NCBI RefSeq assembly: GCF_006345805.1
Contig: NC_043022.1
Span: forward strand, 10,974,001-11,038,000
Origin: Octopus sinensis
Lineage: Eukaryota
Direction of reading: 5' to 3'
DNA length: 64,000 bases
Shown here: positions 13,365-25,530 of the stretch, piece by piece
Position numbering within the stretch: position 1 is the stretch's first letter
How the letters are laid out: each line of letters starts with the position of its first letter
The notes under the pieces: generated by a model
Seen by the model: the letters and a program-made list of their open reading frames with translations, nothing else
Database searches by the model: none
Told to the model about the DNA's origin: nothing
Position numbers and translations under genes: made by a program

Positions 13365-14094
13365 CTGGAAAATAGAAAAAAGTATAAATATTGACAGATC
13401 TGATTAATATTTGCATATTTACCAAGTATAGTTTACTGATGTCATATACTTAATGTATGCCTTTTGTTTATAAACATATTAGCTGTGGAATTTTGTCCAG
13501 AGAAAATCCCTCTAAGATGTAAAGTTTTACAAAATGCTGAATGCCCCATCAATATCCACTGTTTTCGTTTACCTATGGAGTAGTTTATTTCATCTGGTTT
13601 TGAGGTACTCAGTTGTTTTTTAACACTCAACATCTTAAAAAGATTTTCCCTGGATGAAATTCCACAGCCAGTAAGAGTATAAACAAAATACATACATCAA
13701 GTATGTGACATTAGTAATGCTTACATTATTAGAACTATTTCTAATTCAAAATTTAATCAGGCATGGATGTTTAACGTTCAAACCAGCCACATCTATGTAT
13801 ACACTTTTCTTCATCACTCTACCTTTCTTACTGCATTGCTAATTATCACTCATTCCCTCCCACTGTTTTCACCATTACACTCTTGCTCCCTTTACTCACC
13901 CATGCTGTTACTGGTCTCTTGCATTTACACTTTCCAATAGAATAGGTACCCAGCTTTAAAGCTAGGTACCTATTCTATTGGTCACTTTTGCTAAACCACT
14001 AAGTTATGGGCATGCAAACACACCAACACCAGTTGTCAAGTAGTGGTGGAGGACAAACACAGACACAAAAATACATACACACACATATATATAT

Positions 14095-14352
14095 CATCAT
14101 CATCATTTAACGTCTGTTGTCCATGCTGGCATGGGTTAGATGGTTTGACCAGGGCTGGTAAGCTGGTAGGCTGCACCAGACTCCAGTCTGATTGGCATGG
14201 TTTTCTATGGCTGCATACCCTTCCTTATGCCAACCACCGCAAGAGTATAATGGGTGCTTTTATGTGCCACTGGAAGGGGTGCCATTTGCATGACACCGGT
14301 ATCTGCCATGACTGCGATTTTGCTTGCCTTGATGGGTCTTCTTCTCCAGCAC
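14095..14352 (-). mobile_element. RTE LINE 3' end with (GAT)n tail
   Basis: catcatcatcatttaacgtc...ggatgcccttcc-type motif shared with 60960-61540. Confidence 0.7.
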
Positions 14353-14359
14353 AATTCTG

Positions 14360-15030
14360 CAAAGAATGCTTTTTATTATTGTACAGAATCCACTTTTTAT
14401 TGCAAATTATAATACGTTTGAGAAATGGATCAGTCTGGTTATGGAGAAGAAGTGATGAGCAAATTTCATATCTGTGCATTTTCTGATTTTCATTCAAACT
14501 GTGTGGTACCCATTTGTTGAGCTATTTTTATTTTCCAGTTGCATGCAAATGGTTGCAAGCAGTTTTTTTGACTAACTTGAAGTTCTTTTGCCAGCTCTCA
14601 AGTGGTTCTATGTGGATCCTTCTCAATGATCATCCTTAATTGACCGTCATCTATAACAGATGGGCGTCCACTACACTCACAATCTTTAAGGCTGAGGTTT
14701 CTGCTGGAAAATCGTTTAAACCATTTTTGAGCTGACTACTCACTGGTCATTTCCTCATTAAATGTTTCATTGATGTCACAATTAGTTTCAGCTGCTTTAC
14801 ATCCTTTTATGAAGTTGAATAGCAAAATTGCTTGAATATTGTGCTTTGACAGCTCCCTTTCAGATGATTGTGTAAAAAATATCAATGTTAATTTATTGAT
14901 GCATTTGGGTAAGTCTATGTCTGTATTATCAGACAATTGCAAAAAAAAATGTTTAAAAAAAATTCAAAACTCTGCAAAAATCTGGTACCATTTCTTCATG
15001 GTTCAAAATGTTACTTTTTACTCAACCTGA
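14360..15030 (-). mobile_element. Mariner transposon, 5' half, degenerate
   Basis: TA + TIR tcaggttgagtaaaaagtaa; ELSKHNIQAILLFNFIKGCKAAET...; CSSLLLHNQTDPFLKRIIICNKKWILYNN (decayed xTxDEKW motif). Confidence 0.8.
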
Positions 15031-16408
15031 TATGTGTGTGTGTGTTTTAGTTTCAATTTACCAAATCCATTAACAAGTCTTTGGTTAGCCTAAGGCTGTC
15101 GTAGAAGACACTCGCTGAAGGTGTCACACAGTGGGACTGAACCCAGAACAATGTGGTTGGGAAGCAAGAAAATAATTGAAAATAGTGAATGTGTATATGA
15201 ATCTTTGTATGTGTGTAATATGTATATATTAACATAATACTCTTGTACACATACATGTGTCACACACACACATATATATTTTATACATTAACAAAATTCC
15301 TTACATAAGAAGAGGAAAGTATTTTCTTTACAAAGCTGCAGTGTAAATTCTCTGACATAAATTATACAAGTTTATTTAAAGGCCAAATGACAGCAATGAC
15401 GATCAGTATGAACATTAAGGGTGAGGAATCTTTTTCTTTCATAGAATTAAATATAAAAGCATGGTCACAGTTGATATCTCCAACCTGATTTCCCCCTCCC
15501 TCTCACAGCTAAGTATTTTACGTACCAACACCAACCTTACAAATAGATGTTTGTTCTCACTTGGCAAGGTCAAGGGTTAGTGAAGATTTACTACATCTCC
15601 TTAGCCATTAGCTACTGATCTTTGCTCTGATATGAAAGCAAATTGGAGTGAGTTATTTCATTTAAAACAATTATTTCTATTGAGTTGAATATATTGCTGA
15701 CACAGTATTGAATTTAAGGTATTTGAGAATTTTAAGAGGGGGTTTGCTTGTGTGTGTCAAGAATGTAAATTTTGTAGCTGAGAAAAATTGTCTGAGAAAA
15801 ATTGCTTATAATAATAGCTGGTTACTCATCATAGGGAAACAAGATATGTTCATTGTTTAACTAAAAAATGAACATGATCATCCATTTTTTTTTTTTAAAC
15901 AAAAATAATGTTTCTTTGGTTTAGATAACAAATATACTGAGTCATAACCATACGTATTTTATTTTGCTCTGAAATTAGGTTCATGAGACTAAACAGTTCT
16001 GAGAAACAGAGGCTTGTGTTGTAGTGAAAGCAAAGGATGAAACAGGAGATAGAACATCTGGGGTTGGAGTGTGTTGAGCAACTATATGCCAGACAGCTAA
16101 GTGGTCTTGTAAATGTTGCCTAAAAATATGAAACAGAAATATTCTCCACATAATTCCTTTTACACACACACAAAGATATATACCCATAGATAGAGATATT
16201 TGAGCAACAGAGACAAATAAGGATGTATATTAGATAAAATACAACAGAACTTGTTGATTTATTAAAATTTTCTCTGCTTTCAGAGAGGGTGAGCTTTGTA
16301 GTAATTATTACATACTCCAAATAGGACAAGATCTTAAGAATCAAGAATTTTCTCCATAACTGACATACTATCTAAAAGACAGTCTGACTCTTTGAAGACA
16401 AGAAGTCA

Positions 16409-16453
16409 GCTGTGGACACATTTTTCTACCTCAATAGGCATCATCAGCACATC
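16409..16453 (-). ncRNA. Type I hammerhead ribozyme, degenerate (same family as 3341)
   Basis: gatgtg CTGATGA tgcct-attg-aggta GAAA A-ATGT-G TC cacagc; stem I gatgtg/cacagc. Confidence 0.65.
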
Positions 16454-17239
16454 AATTGCTCTACTTTATCATCAGCAGATACTTATACAGAAAAAAAGAG
16501 TAGAACACATTTAACTGACACTTGGTTATGATGATGAGTGCTCCAGTTGATCCAGTCAATGGAACAGTCTGCTCATGAAATTAACACGCAAGAGGCAGAA
16601 CACTTCATAGGCACATGTACTCTTCAATTACTTCTCAGGGAGATTCAGTGTGATACAGAATGTGACAAGGCTGGCCCTTTGAATTATAGGCACAACCCAT
16701 TTTTACCAGCTGAGTGGACTGGAGCAACATGAAATGAAGTGTCTTGCTCAAGGACACAAGATGCCACAAGGAAAAAAACTCACAAACTTTACAATCATGA
16801 GCTGAATACATTAATCACTAAGCCACGCAATTTCACAGAAGTCATTTATGGTCTAAAGGTAATTTGCATGAATGAAACAAAAAATAAACTAAAAGAAATC
16901 GCTCAGAGTGACCAGATGTTTGACCAAAGATGAATAAGAGTTGTGCAAATATCATACATGATAAATTCTTCACACACACACACATTTCAATATTATTTTC
17001 TGCTCTAGGCACAAGGTCCAGAATTTTTGGGGAGGGAGCCAGTTGATTAGATCGATCCCAGTACACAACTGGTACTTAATTTATCGACCCTGAAGGGATG
17101 AAAGGTAAAGTCGACCTCGGCAGAATTTGAACTCAGAATGTAAAGACAGATGAAATACCACTAAGCATTTCATCTGGCATGCTAACATTTCTGCCAGCTC
17201 ACCGCCTTAAAGAATAATAATATTGATAAGCCTTTCTAC

Positions 17240-17552
17240 CAGTGGCGTAGCCTATTGGAGAGCAAGGGGAGCAACTGCTCTTTCCAAGCCAGTTTTTCAA
17301 AATTGGTGCCTCTCAACAGTTTATTTTAACTCTTAAGTTACCTATGTCAGTAGTTGTAAGTTTCATACATAATAACAAATGACATTGTAAATGAAACATG
17401 AAATTAATGAATGCAGAATACAATAACTTGTAAATAAAGAAATATTTTGCATAATATAAGGAGAATGAGTTACAAATTGTTTGGTATGTGTCATGGCACC
17501 ATTTTTTTTATGTGCTCACACCCTCTGACTTGAGAACCTGGCTATGTCTCTG
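17240..17552. mobile_element. hAT-like MITE inserted in a SINE tail
   Basis: Ends cagtggcgtagcc / ggctatgtctctg; perfect 8-bp TSD ctttctac. Confidence 0.7.
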
Positions 17553-17762
17553 CTTTCTACTATAGGCACAAGGCCTGAAATTTTGAAGGGAAGAGGCCAG
17601 TCGATTACATCAACCCCAGTGCTCAAATGGTACTTGTTTCACTGACCCTAGAAAGATGAAAAGCAAAGTTGAAGTTGGCAACATTTGAACTCAGAACTTA
17701 AAGACAGACAAAATGTCACTAAACATTTTATTCAGCATGCCAACGATTCTGCCAGCTTGCCA
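17553..17762 (-). mobile_element. tRNA-derived SINE family A (other copies ~17000-17208 minus, 18489-18705 plus)
   Basis: Head ggcaagctggcagaatcg, B box gagttcaaat, central ctttcatc(c/t)tt..ggg(g)tc block. Confidence 0.75.
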
Positions 17763-17764
17763 CC

Positions 17765-17843
17765 TAATAATAACAACAATAATAATAATAACAACAATAA
17801 TAATAACAATAATATTAATAATAATAATAACAACAATAATAAC

Positions 17844-17875
<32 letters not shown>

Positions 17876-17960
17876 TAATAATGATGATAATAACAATAAT
17901 AATAATAACAATAATAATAATAATGATGATAATAATATTAATAATAATAATAATAAAATT
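17765..17960. repeat. (AAT/AAC)n microsatellite
   Basis: Direct reading; gives poly-N and poly-I ORFs. Confidence 0.95.
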
Positions 17961-18845
17961 AAGGTTGAATAATTTACTTTTGTTGAAAAGAGAATCTTAC
18001 AACACTGATACTTCTATTTCAGACAAATGCCTTTTTGTTAAGTTTTTTTTTTTTCATGGAATATGAGATAACAACAAACAGAAACACAGTAAAATTGTTT
18101 TAAATGGTGCGAAATGAAATACTTAATAATGTATGCAATCTTATCTGATACAGCAGATGTAACCAAGTGGATCGGGTATGTGAAAGTAAACCCACAGCCC
18201 CAAACGACTGCCACAATATTTGCTTCAGATAAGCATGAAAGCACAAAGAAACAAACACTAGACTTGCTGTTGATATAATACGGCTGGGTAGTTAGTTAAG
18301 CCATTAAATTGTTTGTTTATTATTATTAATTTGCTTGTTCATTCATTTAATATCTGTTTCTCTATACAAGCATGGTTTAAATGGGAATTGATTTTGAGGA
18401 TCAATTTTATAGCCAGACAACAATCTTTCTGTTGTCAACCCTTACTTGTTTTTTGAATAATGGATTTTCTCAATATTTCACACAAGTAAGGCAGTGAGCT
18501 GGCAGAAACGTTAGCACACCGGGTGAAATGCTTAGCGGCATTTCGTCTGTGTTTAAGTTCTGAGTTCAAATTCCGCCGAGGTCAACTTTACCTTTCATCC
18601 TTTCAGGGTTGATAAATTAAGCACCAGTTGCATACTGGGGTCAATATAATCGACTGGCCCCCTCCCCCAAAATTTCGGGCCTTGTGTCTAGAGTAGAAAA
18701 GAATATTTTACACAAGTCTTTGGAAGTGCAGAGTGCCTAGTTATGACAACAACTAGAAATGTCAATGTTAGCATCTTTCAAACAGCAACAAGTAAAATAT
18801 TGGCATTTGAGTATATTCACAAATACACATACATATACCTATATG

Positions 18846-19015
18846 TAGGTGCAGGCAAAGCTGTATGGCTGAGAAGCTGGTTTCCCAACCATGTGGTTCC
18901 AGATTCAGTCTCACTGCATGGCATCTTGGGCAAGTGTCTTCTACTATAGCCCCAAGCCAACCAAAGTCTTGTGAGTGGATTTGGTAGATGGAAACTGAAA
19001 GAAGCCCATCATATA
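18846..19015 (+). mobile_element. tRNA-derived SINE family B (copies ~6524, 15045, 30870, 31340, 37762, 47620, 55075)
   Basis: gctgtatggctgagaag...cttgggcaagtgtcttctactatagcc...ttgtgagtggatttggtagatggaaactgaaagaagccc. Confidence 0.75.
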
Positions 19016-19167
19016 TGTGTGTGTGTGTGTGAACCTTTGTCTTGCCATTACAATAAATAAGACATGAACCGTGGTGACTCATTCAAATCATTCTGTCACA
19101 GAAAACAGATGTGATGATGATGATGATGATAGTGTACTCCAAAATGTTCTGTGGTATAGACACTTAC

Positions 19168-19282
19168 AAATGAAGGTATAATTTGTACCCAAAGCTCCAT
19201 CATTCTCTAAGTGGATGCTTTTCTTAAGGATCTCTTCAATAACAGTTTGGCCAAAGTCCACAGTTGATGTGTTAATCTTCAG
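19168..19282 (-). CDS. CFAP74: CFAP74 coding exon 16
   Basis: ttttttcag|...|gtaagt; 115 nt, phase 0-1; LKINTSTVDFGQTVIEEILKKSIHLENDGALGTNYTFI. Confidence 0.92.
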
Positions 19283-20315
19283 CTGAAAAAAGTCATAAAT
19301 TATTACAAATAAAAGACAAAATATAATACATAGACAAACAACAAAATAACTTTGTGACAAAATAAAGGTTGTGAATAGTTTTTTTTTTTTAATGTTAAGT
19401 GCCTTTGCTTATTGCCCACGTTATGTTGGCCACTGTTGTCAGAAGCATCATTATCATCATCATTTTTATATCTGTTTTTCCATACTTGGGCAAATCTTTT
19501 CCAGCATAGTATCTGACCAGTTATTTTGGTCCTTTGTGATGTCCTTCATGAGGTTGAGTCTCTTCATGTTGCCCTTCATTGACTCTTCATCAAACCACTA
19601 TTGGTTTCTTTTTCACATTGAAAAAGATGAGGAGTATAATTGACCGAGTAAACTCCAGTACAAAACTGTAATTGATTTATCTTTCTCTAGTCTTTCCTGT
19701 GTACTGGGGAGTGTAGAGGATTGAGTCAATGTTAGTATGTAGCTGGTACTATCACTTTCTACTCTATTCAATAAGGAAGGAGTATAGTTGATTGAATTAA
19801 TACATAACAAGTACTGATTTTATCACTTCCTACACTACTCTGTTCAGGGGTATAGTTGAGTGAATCTAGCAGATGACTGATCACTCTCTAACCTGTTAGG
19901 AAGAAGCGCATTTGATTGAGTCAACTCCATTACAGTCATGTTATTGATTTTAATGCTCTCTACCTTGTTTGCTTAGGAAGGCAGTAAGTCAGAATCACCT
20001 TTGGTAAGATTCGAACTCAAAACATTAGAAGACTGAATTAAATGCTGAAAATGTATTGTTTGATATCAACATATCAGTACATATACAATTACACATTCAA
20101 CAATACAATATCTTACAATAATAAAACTGTCTGTGCAGACCACCAACAGCTGTGTTAGTATAGCTATACATGTGTTGTAGTGAACTGTATAAATGATAAT
20201 GATGATACTAAGAATGATGGCAATGAAGGTGATAAGAACAACAGATAATAATATAAACCTTCATACACATTAGCTGATTGAAATTTCATAAAAAGTGAAA
20301 AAAAAAGAAGTTTAC

Positions 20316-20405
20316 CTCACATGTCTTTATGGAAGTTTTTAAGAATATCTGAAATGTTCCAGTCTTTGTTTCAAGGTTCACTTCTCCTGTTATGTTTTGG
20401 TTTAG
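20316..20405 (-). CDS. CFAP74: CFAP74 coding exon 15
   Basis: cttgtcag|...|gtaaac; 90 nt, phase 0-0; LNQNITGEVNLETKTGTFQIFLKTSIKTCE. Confidence 0.9.
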
Positions 20406-21030
20406 CTGACAAGCAAGGACTATACATTAGTACAAAAGAAACGGAGCTTATGAAAAAAAAAAAAAACTTATATTCTTGAGTTTGGATAACTCTGTATGCC
20501 ACTGGAAGAAGAATCTGATGTTTCAAGATTATCTCTTCATTTGAGAGAAGTGTAAAATAATTGTTTTCTCATTCAACACAAAGAACAGTCCCAAAATGTC
20601 AAATTAATTCCCCTATATACATACAAATTTTATCCAGATTTCAATCTTTATTGAGTATAATATCAGGAAAACTAATGGTTTATCATGACCTGACACAAAA
20701 GTCTGATATGAATAACAAGCTGTAATATTCATAGATTTTCTTTAGTGGATTAAAAGTGTGTTAGTTGTGTGGAACAGAGCAGTGTACATTCATGATGTGT
20801 AGGACTGATTTTAACTTTCAGTCTTTTCTTGTTTAATTGGAAGACTGGTGAAAGACATAAAAACAAATCAAATGGCTAAGTAGTTAGGGTGTCAAATCAC
20901 TTAACATTTTCAGTTCAAATCAACTGCAGGGTTTTTTTTGTCTATTTTGGAATATACTTCTTCCTTGGTACTTCACTTTATCTTTTTGTCAAGAATGGGT
21001 ACCAAATCCTCTGGCAATATATATATATAT

Positions 21031-21340
21031 ACTGTGATCACCGTGACCGACCAGGCTATCTGATGTTGCTACACATCGCTGGTCACAATGCGCTTTGCAT
21101 TGTTTTAGCCTTCAAATTACGTCACCCCGCTGGCTAAGCGAGCAGGCCAACAGAAGAAAGAGTGAGAGAAAGTTGTGGCAAAAGAGTACAGCAGGGATTG
21201 CCACTACCCGCTGCCGGAGCCTCGTAGAGCTTTAGGTGTTTCCGCTCAATAAACACTCACAACGCCCGGTCTGGGAATCGAAACCACGATCCTATGACCA
21301 TGAGTCCGCTACTCTAATCACTGGTCCATTGCGCCTCCAC
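21031..21340 (-). mobile_element. tRNA-derived SINE family C, young
   Basis: Head gtggaggcgcaatggaccagtgattag (A box), ggtttcgattccc (B box); CpG-rich body; flanked by (TA)n. Confidence 0.8.
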
Positions 21341-21344
21341 TTCA

Positions 21345-21464
21345 TGTTTACAGCACCTAGGTTTCCCAAGCGGTCACCCATCTAAGTACTAACTAGGCTC
21401 GATTTTGCTTAACTTCGGTGATCGGACAAGAACCGGTGCTTTAAAATGTGATATGGCCGTAAAC
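21345..21464 (-). rRNA. 5S rRNA gene copy or pseudogene (orphan, intronic)
   Basis: Reverse complement GTTTACGGCCATATCAC...CCGATCACCGAAGTTAAGC...TAGTACTTAGATGGGTGACCGCTTGGGAA...GCTGTAAAC; ~120 nt; helix I pairs; box A and box C recognisable. Confidence 0.9.
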
Positions 21465-21979
21465 ATATATATATATATATATATATATGTGAAGTTTAGT
21501 AAAAGGAGAAAGAGCAGCACCTTGACCCTTCTCAGGGCCTTCATAACTGGTGGGAGGAAAGAAAGATGACAATCTAAGATTTCCTTTATCAAGTTTTGAT
21601 CAATCTAAAGCTATAATAGAAGGCATTTAAGTTTTGTGCAGTAGGATTAAACCTGAAACAACATGGTTACAAAGTGAACTTATTAAATACCCAGCTATAC
21701 CTGTATCCACATGTTGTCTAGCACAGACAGGCGTCTTTTTCTCATGTGATGAAGCCAAAAGAAAAAAAAATTGAGCAAATAGCCCCCAAACAGTAGATTG
21801 ACTAAAGAACCTCATTAATAAGGTAGTATATTAAGTTAGTATGCTAAGTTGATTTGATAAGTAAGGATGCAAAATTTTGTATACAAAATTATGAGTTAGT
21901 TAATTAGTATTACAGTAATTAATGCTGACAATTTACTATAAGTAAGTGCAATAAGTTTTTGACAATAAACAAATCTTAC

Positions 21980-22046
21980 CAAAGGTTTAAAGGTGACAAA
22001 TAGTTCACAAGCCATCCCAGGAGACAAAAGGCCTGGTGGGTGAAAT
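21980..22046 (-). CDS. CFAP74: CFAP74 coding exon 14
   Basis: tttttttttag|...|gtaaga; 67 nt, phase 2-0; FHPPGLLSPGMACELFVTFKPL (recalled FDPPGPLSAGMSCEVLVTFKPM), an ASH/Ig-like domain motif. Confidence 0.93.
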
Positions 22047-23708
22047 CTAAAAAAAAAGAAAGAAAAAAAAAGACTTGATTGGCTGGAACTTTTTTATGAT
22101 ATTAGAAATACACAGAGCAAAATTGATTGCCATAGGATTTGAATTCAGAACACAGATAGATACACACAACTAAAGAACTCCAAATGTTCAGTAGCACTAC
22201 AGTGCTTCTGCCTTGGCTTTACCATTAAAATCACAATTATAAAGCAGAGGGTCCCTTTATGTGGTTGTTTAATCAATTAGAAATAGCAGCTAAATATCAT
22301 CTCAAAGCACAATACCCTAGTATTTAAGAAAAGGACAATATTATCTCTCTTATATATATAAAATGATGGATGATCATGGTTGGAATGCCTTTCATAATAA
22401 GTTTGCATGATCAGATATAATCTGAGGTTAAACACTAAAAGCAACCACAATAACATTTTTTGTGGCACAAGGTTACAAAATTCAAAAGAAAGGGAATATA
22501 GTTGATTAATGCACAGTATATATACTGGTATTCATTTTATTGATATTGGAAAGATAATAAGACTGTAAACTGCAGAAAGTATTTAATCATTTACTCATTT
22601 ATTCTTTTACTACTTTCAGTTTTTGAACTGTAGCCATGCTGGATTTTAGACATTGGCATTCTGTGTGGTTCAGAATTTAGGGTTTCATCCCACTTGGGCA
22701 AGCCTTAGGATGATCAATGCTTGTGAATTGGAGTACGGTCAATCAAAAATCAACTCAATACTCACCTGTTACTTTATGTTATTAATCCTGAAAGGATGAA
22801 ATGTAAAGTTGTGCAATTTCAGGGATATTTCGTTAATATTTCTAGCAGGCTATGAGACTCAACATGTAAGATCTGTCAACACAGTCAATCGGATTGTAAT
22901 TTCTTTGAATTTTTAACTTTAATGGATATAAAAGTGATACACAGTAAAGGGAAGGGGACTTTTTAATCTTTCCACATGGGACAAAACCTCTAATGCTGGT
23001 AGCATCATAAAGTGCATCCTATACATGCTGTATGACGATTGATGGTAAAAACATTAGACAATATAAACCATGCCACAAAATGGTATGTATAAGCCACACT
23101 GCAGACTACACACCGGGAATATAGTATGTTTGAATAAAAGCTGATATAATGTAAAGAGGACTCTTTAGTCCTCTCACATAAGCTAACTTGCCAGTACTAA
23201 TAAGCTTCATATGATGCACCTCATCAACACTGAAAGATGTACACAACAAAGTTAATGGTTTTGTTTCTGTAATGCATGTAGCAGACCACATCATGTGATA
23301 GGACATCATGAGACCAATCTAATCCATGTGAACAGAGAAAGATAGATAAAGAATGATGATGATGACTGTGGTGGTATTTTCCATCCTTGAATATGAGATT
23401 AAGAGACCAAAAAATTAAAAGTATGCCCTCAATAAAGCATCTCAGACATTTAGACATTGAACATATATAACTTCCATTTCAATGGGAAAATTCATATTTA
23501 CTATAAGTTTTGAAAATATTTTTTATACTAAATTATATTTTTAAATGTTTTAATTTAGTTGTATTTCTTGAGTGTCAGGCTAAATCTATCACCATCTGGC
23601 TGTTGGGTGACTTTAGTAAAGCACACTTCTACTTTTCTTCCTATGCATCCTAAACCTTCAAGGCCCTGTAAAGGGCCCTTGACATTGACCTTCCTCCTCT
23701 GTCTAAGC

Positions 23709-23965
23709 CAGTGGTTCTCAATGGAGATCCACATGACCCTTGGGGTCCCATATAAGAGTTAATTGTTAAAGATTATGAGCAATAAATCAGGCATATTTCT
23801 ACAATGCACAAAATATTTAAACAATTTTTTTTATACAGTTCCTAATGATATTTAATTACAAAAATATAATAGAAATTTTTAAAACTTCAAATGGCCATGG
23901 GGGCCCAATGGAGTAAAATAGGAACGAAAGGGGTCCACAAACAAAAGACTGGTTGAAAACCACTG
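23709..23965. mobile_element. hAT (Charlie-like) MITE
   Basis: TIR CAGTGGTT...AACCACTG; TSD gtctaagc/gtctgagt. Confidence 0.7.
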
Positions 23966-24054
23966 GTCTGAGTAATGTAAAAGAAAGTTCATAGCCATAA
24001 TCAACACAGCCATTTTACAACTACATCAAAAGAAGAATAGAGATGTTTACTTAC

Positions 24055-24173
24055 TCAATATCAACAAAGTCTTTCATTTTTGATGTCACATGACTGTATC
24101 TTATATAATTTACGTTACTGGACACATTGGTGATCACTGTCCTTTTTCTATAGCTTTTGCCAACTTCAATATC
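24055..24173 (-). CDS. CFAP74: CFAP74 coding exon 13
   Basis: tttctacag|...|gtaagt; 119 nt, phase 0-2; DIEVGKSYRKRTVITNVSSNVNYIRYSHVTSKMKDFVDI. Confidence 0.92.
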
Positions 24174-24793
24174 CTGTAGAAAAATAGGAAATTTGATGTG
24201 TGTATACGTGAAATTCCCCCACAAGTGAAAATACCCAAAGATGCCATCATATAATATCTGAATATTTTAGCATAAACAACTTCATGTATCTATACAGAGA
24301 TAGTGTGCCGGTGGCATGTAAAAAAGCACCATCCATAGAAAACTATGCCTAATCCCTGGTCAAACCATCCGACCCATGCTAGCATGGAAAGCGGACATTA
24401 AACGATGATGATGATGATACATAGCTACAAAATGTCGTTGGTAAAATTATTCTTGAGGATAGCATTTACATAGTGAAATCAACAGAATAAAACAAGCATA
24501 AATTGACAACAGACTGCAAAGAGACCAAGTTTTTGATGAATACAAACAGAAATGCAAGGCAACAGACACATTGTGCATTACCTCTACTAAAAGTACACAA
24601 ATCACATCCAGTATGGAGCACTTGAACACATAAAGAAAATCTCTTAAAGCTAAACAAGATGCATCATACTACACTATAAACTGACACTAATAATATATTA
24701 CAGAAAACACTAACATCCAAAACTTCGTTATCAACAACACATGTTAAACAACCACATATATCTTTACAACATAAATTAACACTTAACTCTTAC

Positions 24794-24898
24794 CTTGAAA
24801 TGAATAACATCTGGTTTTCCATGAAAAGCAGTAGTGACTGTTTCTGGAGATTTGTCACTTGGAATGTCTGCCTTTGAGAGAGTCTTCTTTATGTTTTC
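24794..24898 (-). CDS. CFAP74: CFAP74 coding exon 12
   Basis: ttattgcag|...|gtaaga; 105 nt, phase 0-0; ends AFHGKPDVIHFK (recalled CFAP74 PFNSKPELIHFQ). Confidence 0.92.
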
Positions 24899-25169
24899 CT
24901 GCAATAAAATATATATAAATAAAAGGCTTTTACGCTAGACATATCTTTTTATATTTGTTTTTAAAAAATGGTTTGCAAAGTAGAATAAATTGTTTTGCTA
25001 CAAGGAAGAGAAGTTTAACATTTCAGTCAGTACTCTTTGTCAGAGAAAGAGTTCTGTCTGAAATAGTAAACGTCTTTTCTTTCTCATGGCAAAATAGAAT
25101 TATCATTTGGTATGTCTCTTTGCCTTTCTTGAAAAAATGCTAAATGAAAATGATAACCTGACATTACTT

Positions 25170-25530
25170 GACTGGAAAAGTTTTGTTGAGAAGGTATACC
25201 AATAACAAAGATGACCCTGTAGTCCAAGATATTAAATTAATAGATTTAAATCTCCATTATGCTCACATTCATTTCCCCAGGAGTTGAGAAGTTATTGTAG
25301 CAACAAGAGGCTCTTCTCCAGCATCAGGACATACCTCAGATAAGATTCAGGTTAGGTATGATGACAGTGATCCAACTGAAGGTATCAATATTCCTGAAAA
25401 TAACATTGACTTATCTACGCTGGCTCATAATAATACAGCTCCACAGCAATTTGCTCAATCACCACAAACTAATAAACAATCTGCAGGCTTTGAGCTACAT
25501 TGCTATGTTTGCATTAAAAAACCCTATTAA
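25170..25530 (+). mobile_element. Gypsy LTR retrotransposon pol C-terminal fragment
   Basis: GKVLLRRYTNNKDDPVVQDIKLIDLNLHYAHIHFPRS*EVIVATRGSSPA resembles the recalled post-integrase motif KxDPLVxxVELLxANPxYAHIRxP. Confidence 0.6.

Noticed and set aside
13573-13650. Additional CFAP74 exon (ENLFKML...DEINYSI) with a good GT donor
   Set aside because: Needs phase-2 entry, but exon 16 exits in phase 1 and I found no bridging exon; left unresolved
16330-16482. Minus-strand exon candidate
   Set aside because: Stops in all frames; the sequence is a repeat carrying the hammerhead
17685-18066. Poly-Asn and poly-Ile ORFs
   Set aside because: (AAT)n microsatellite
21250-21340. tRNA gene
   Set aside because: A and B boxes are present, but they continue into a multi-copy SINE body and no clean cloverleaf is seen
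23106-23309. ORF ...KLISTGKLAYVRGLKSPLY...
   Set aside because: No recognisable motif; CFAP74 exons 13 and 14 already join in phase
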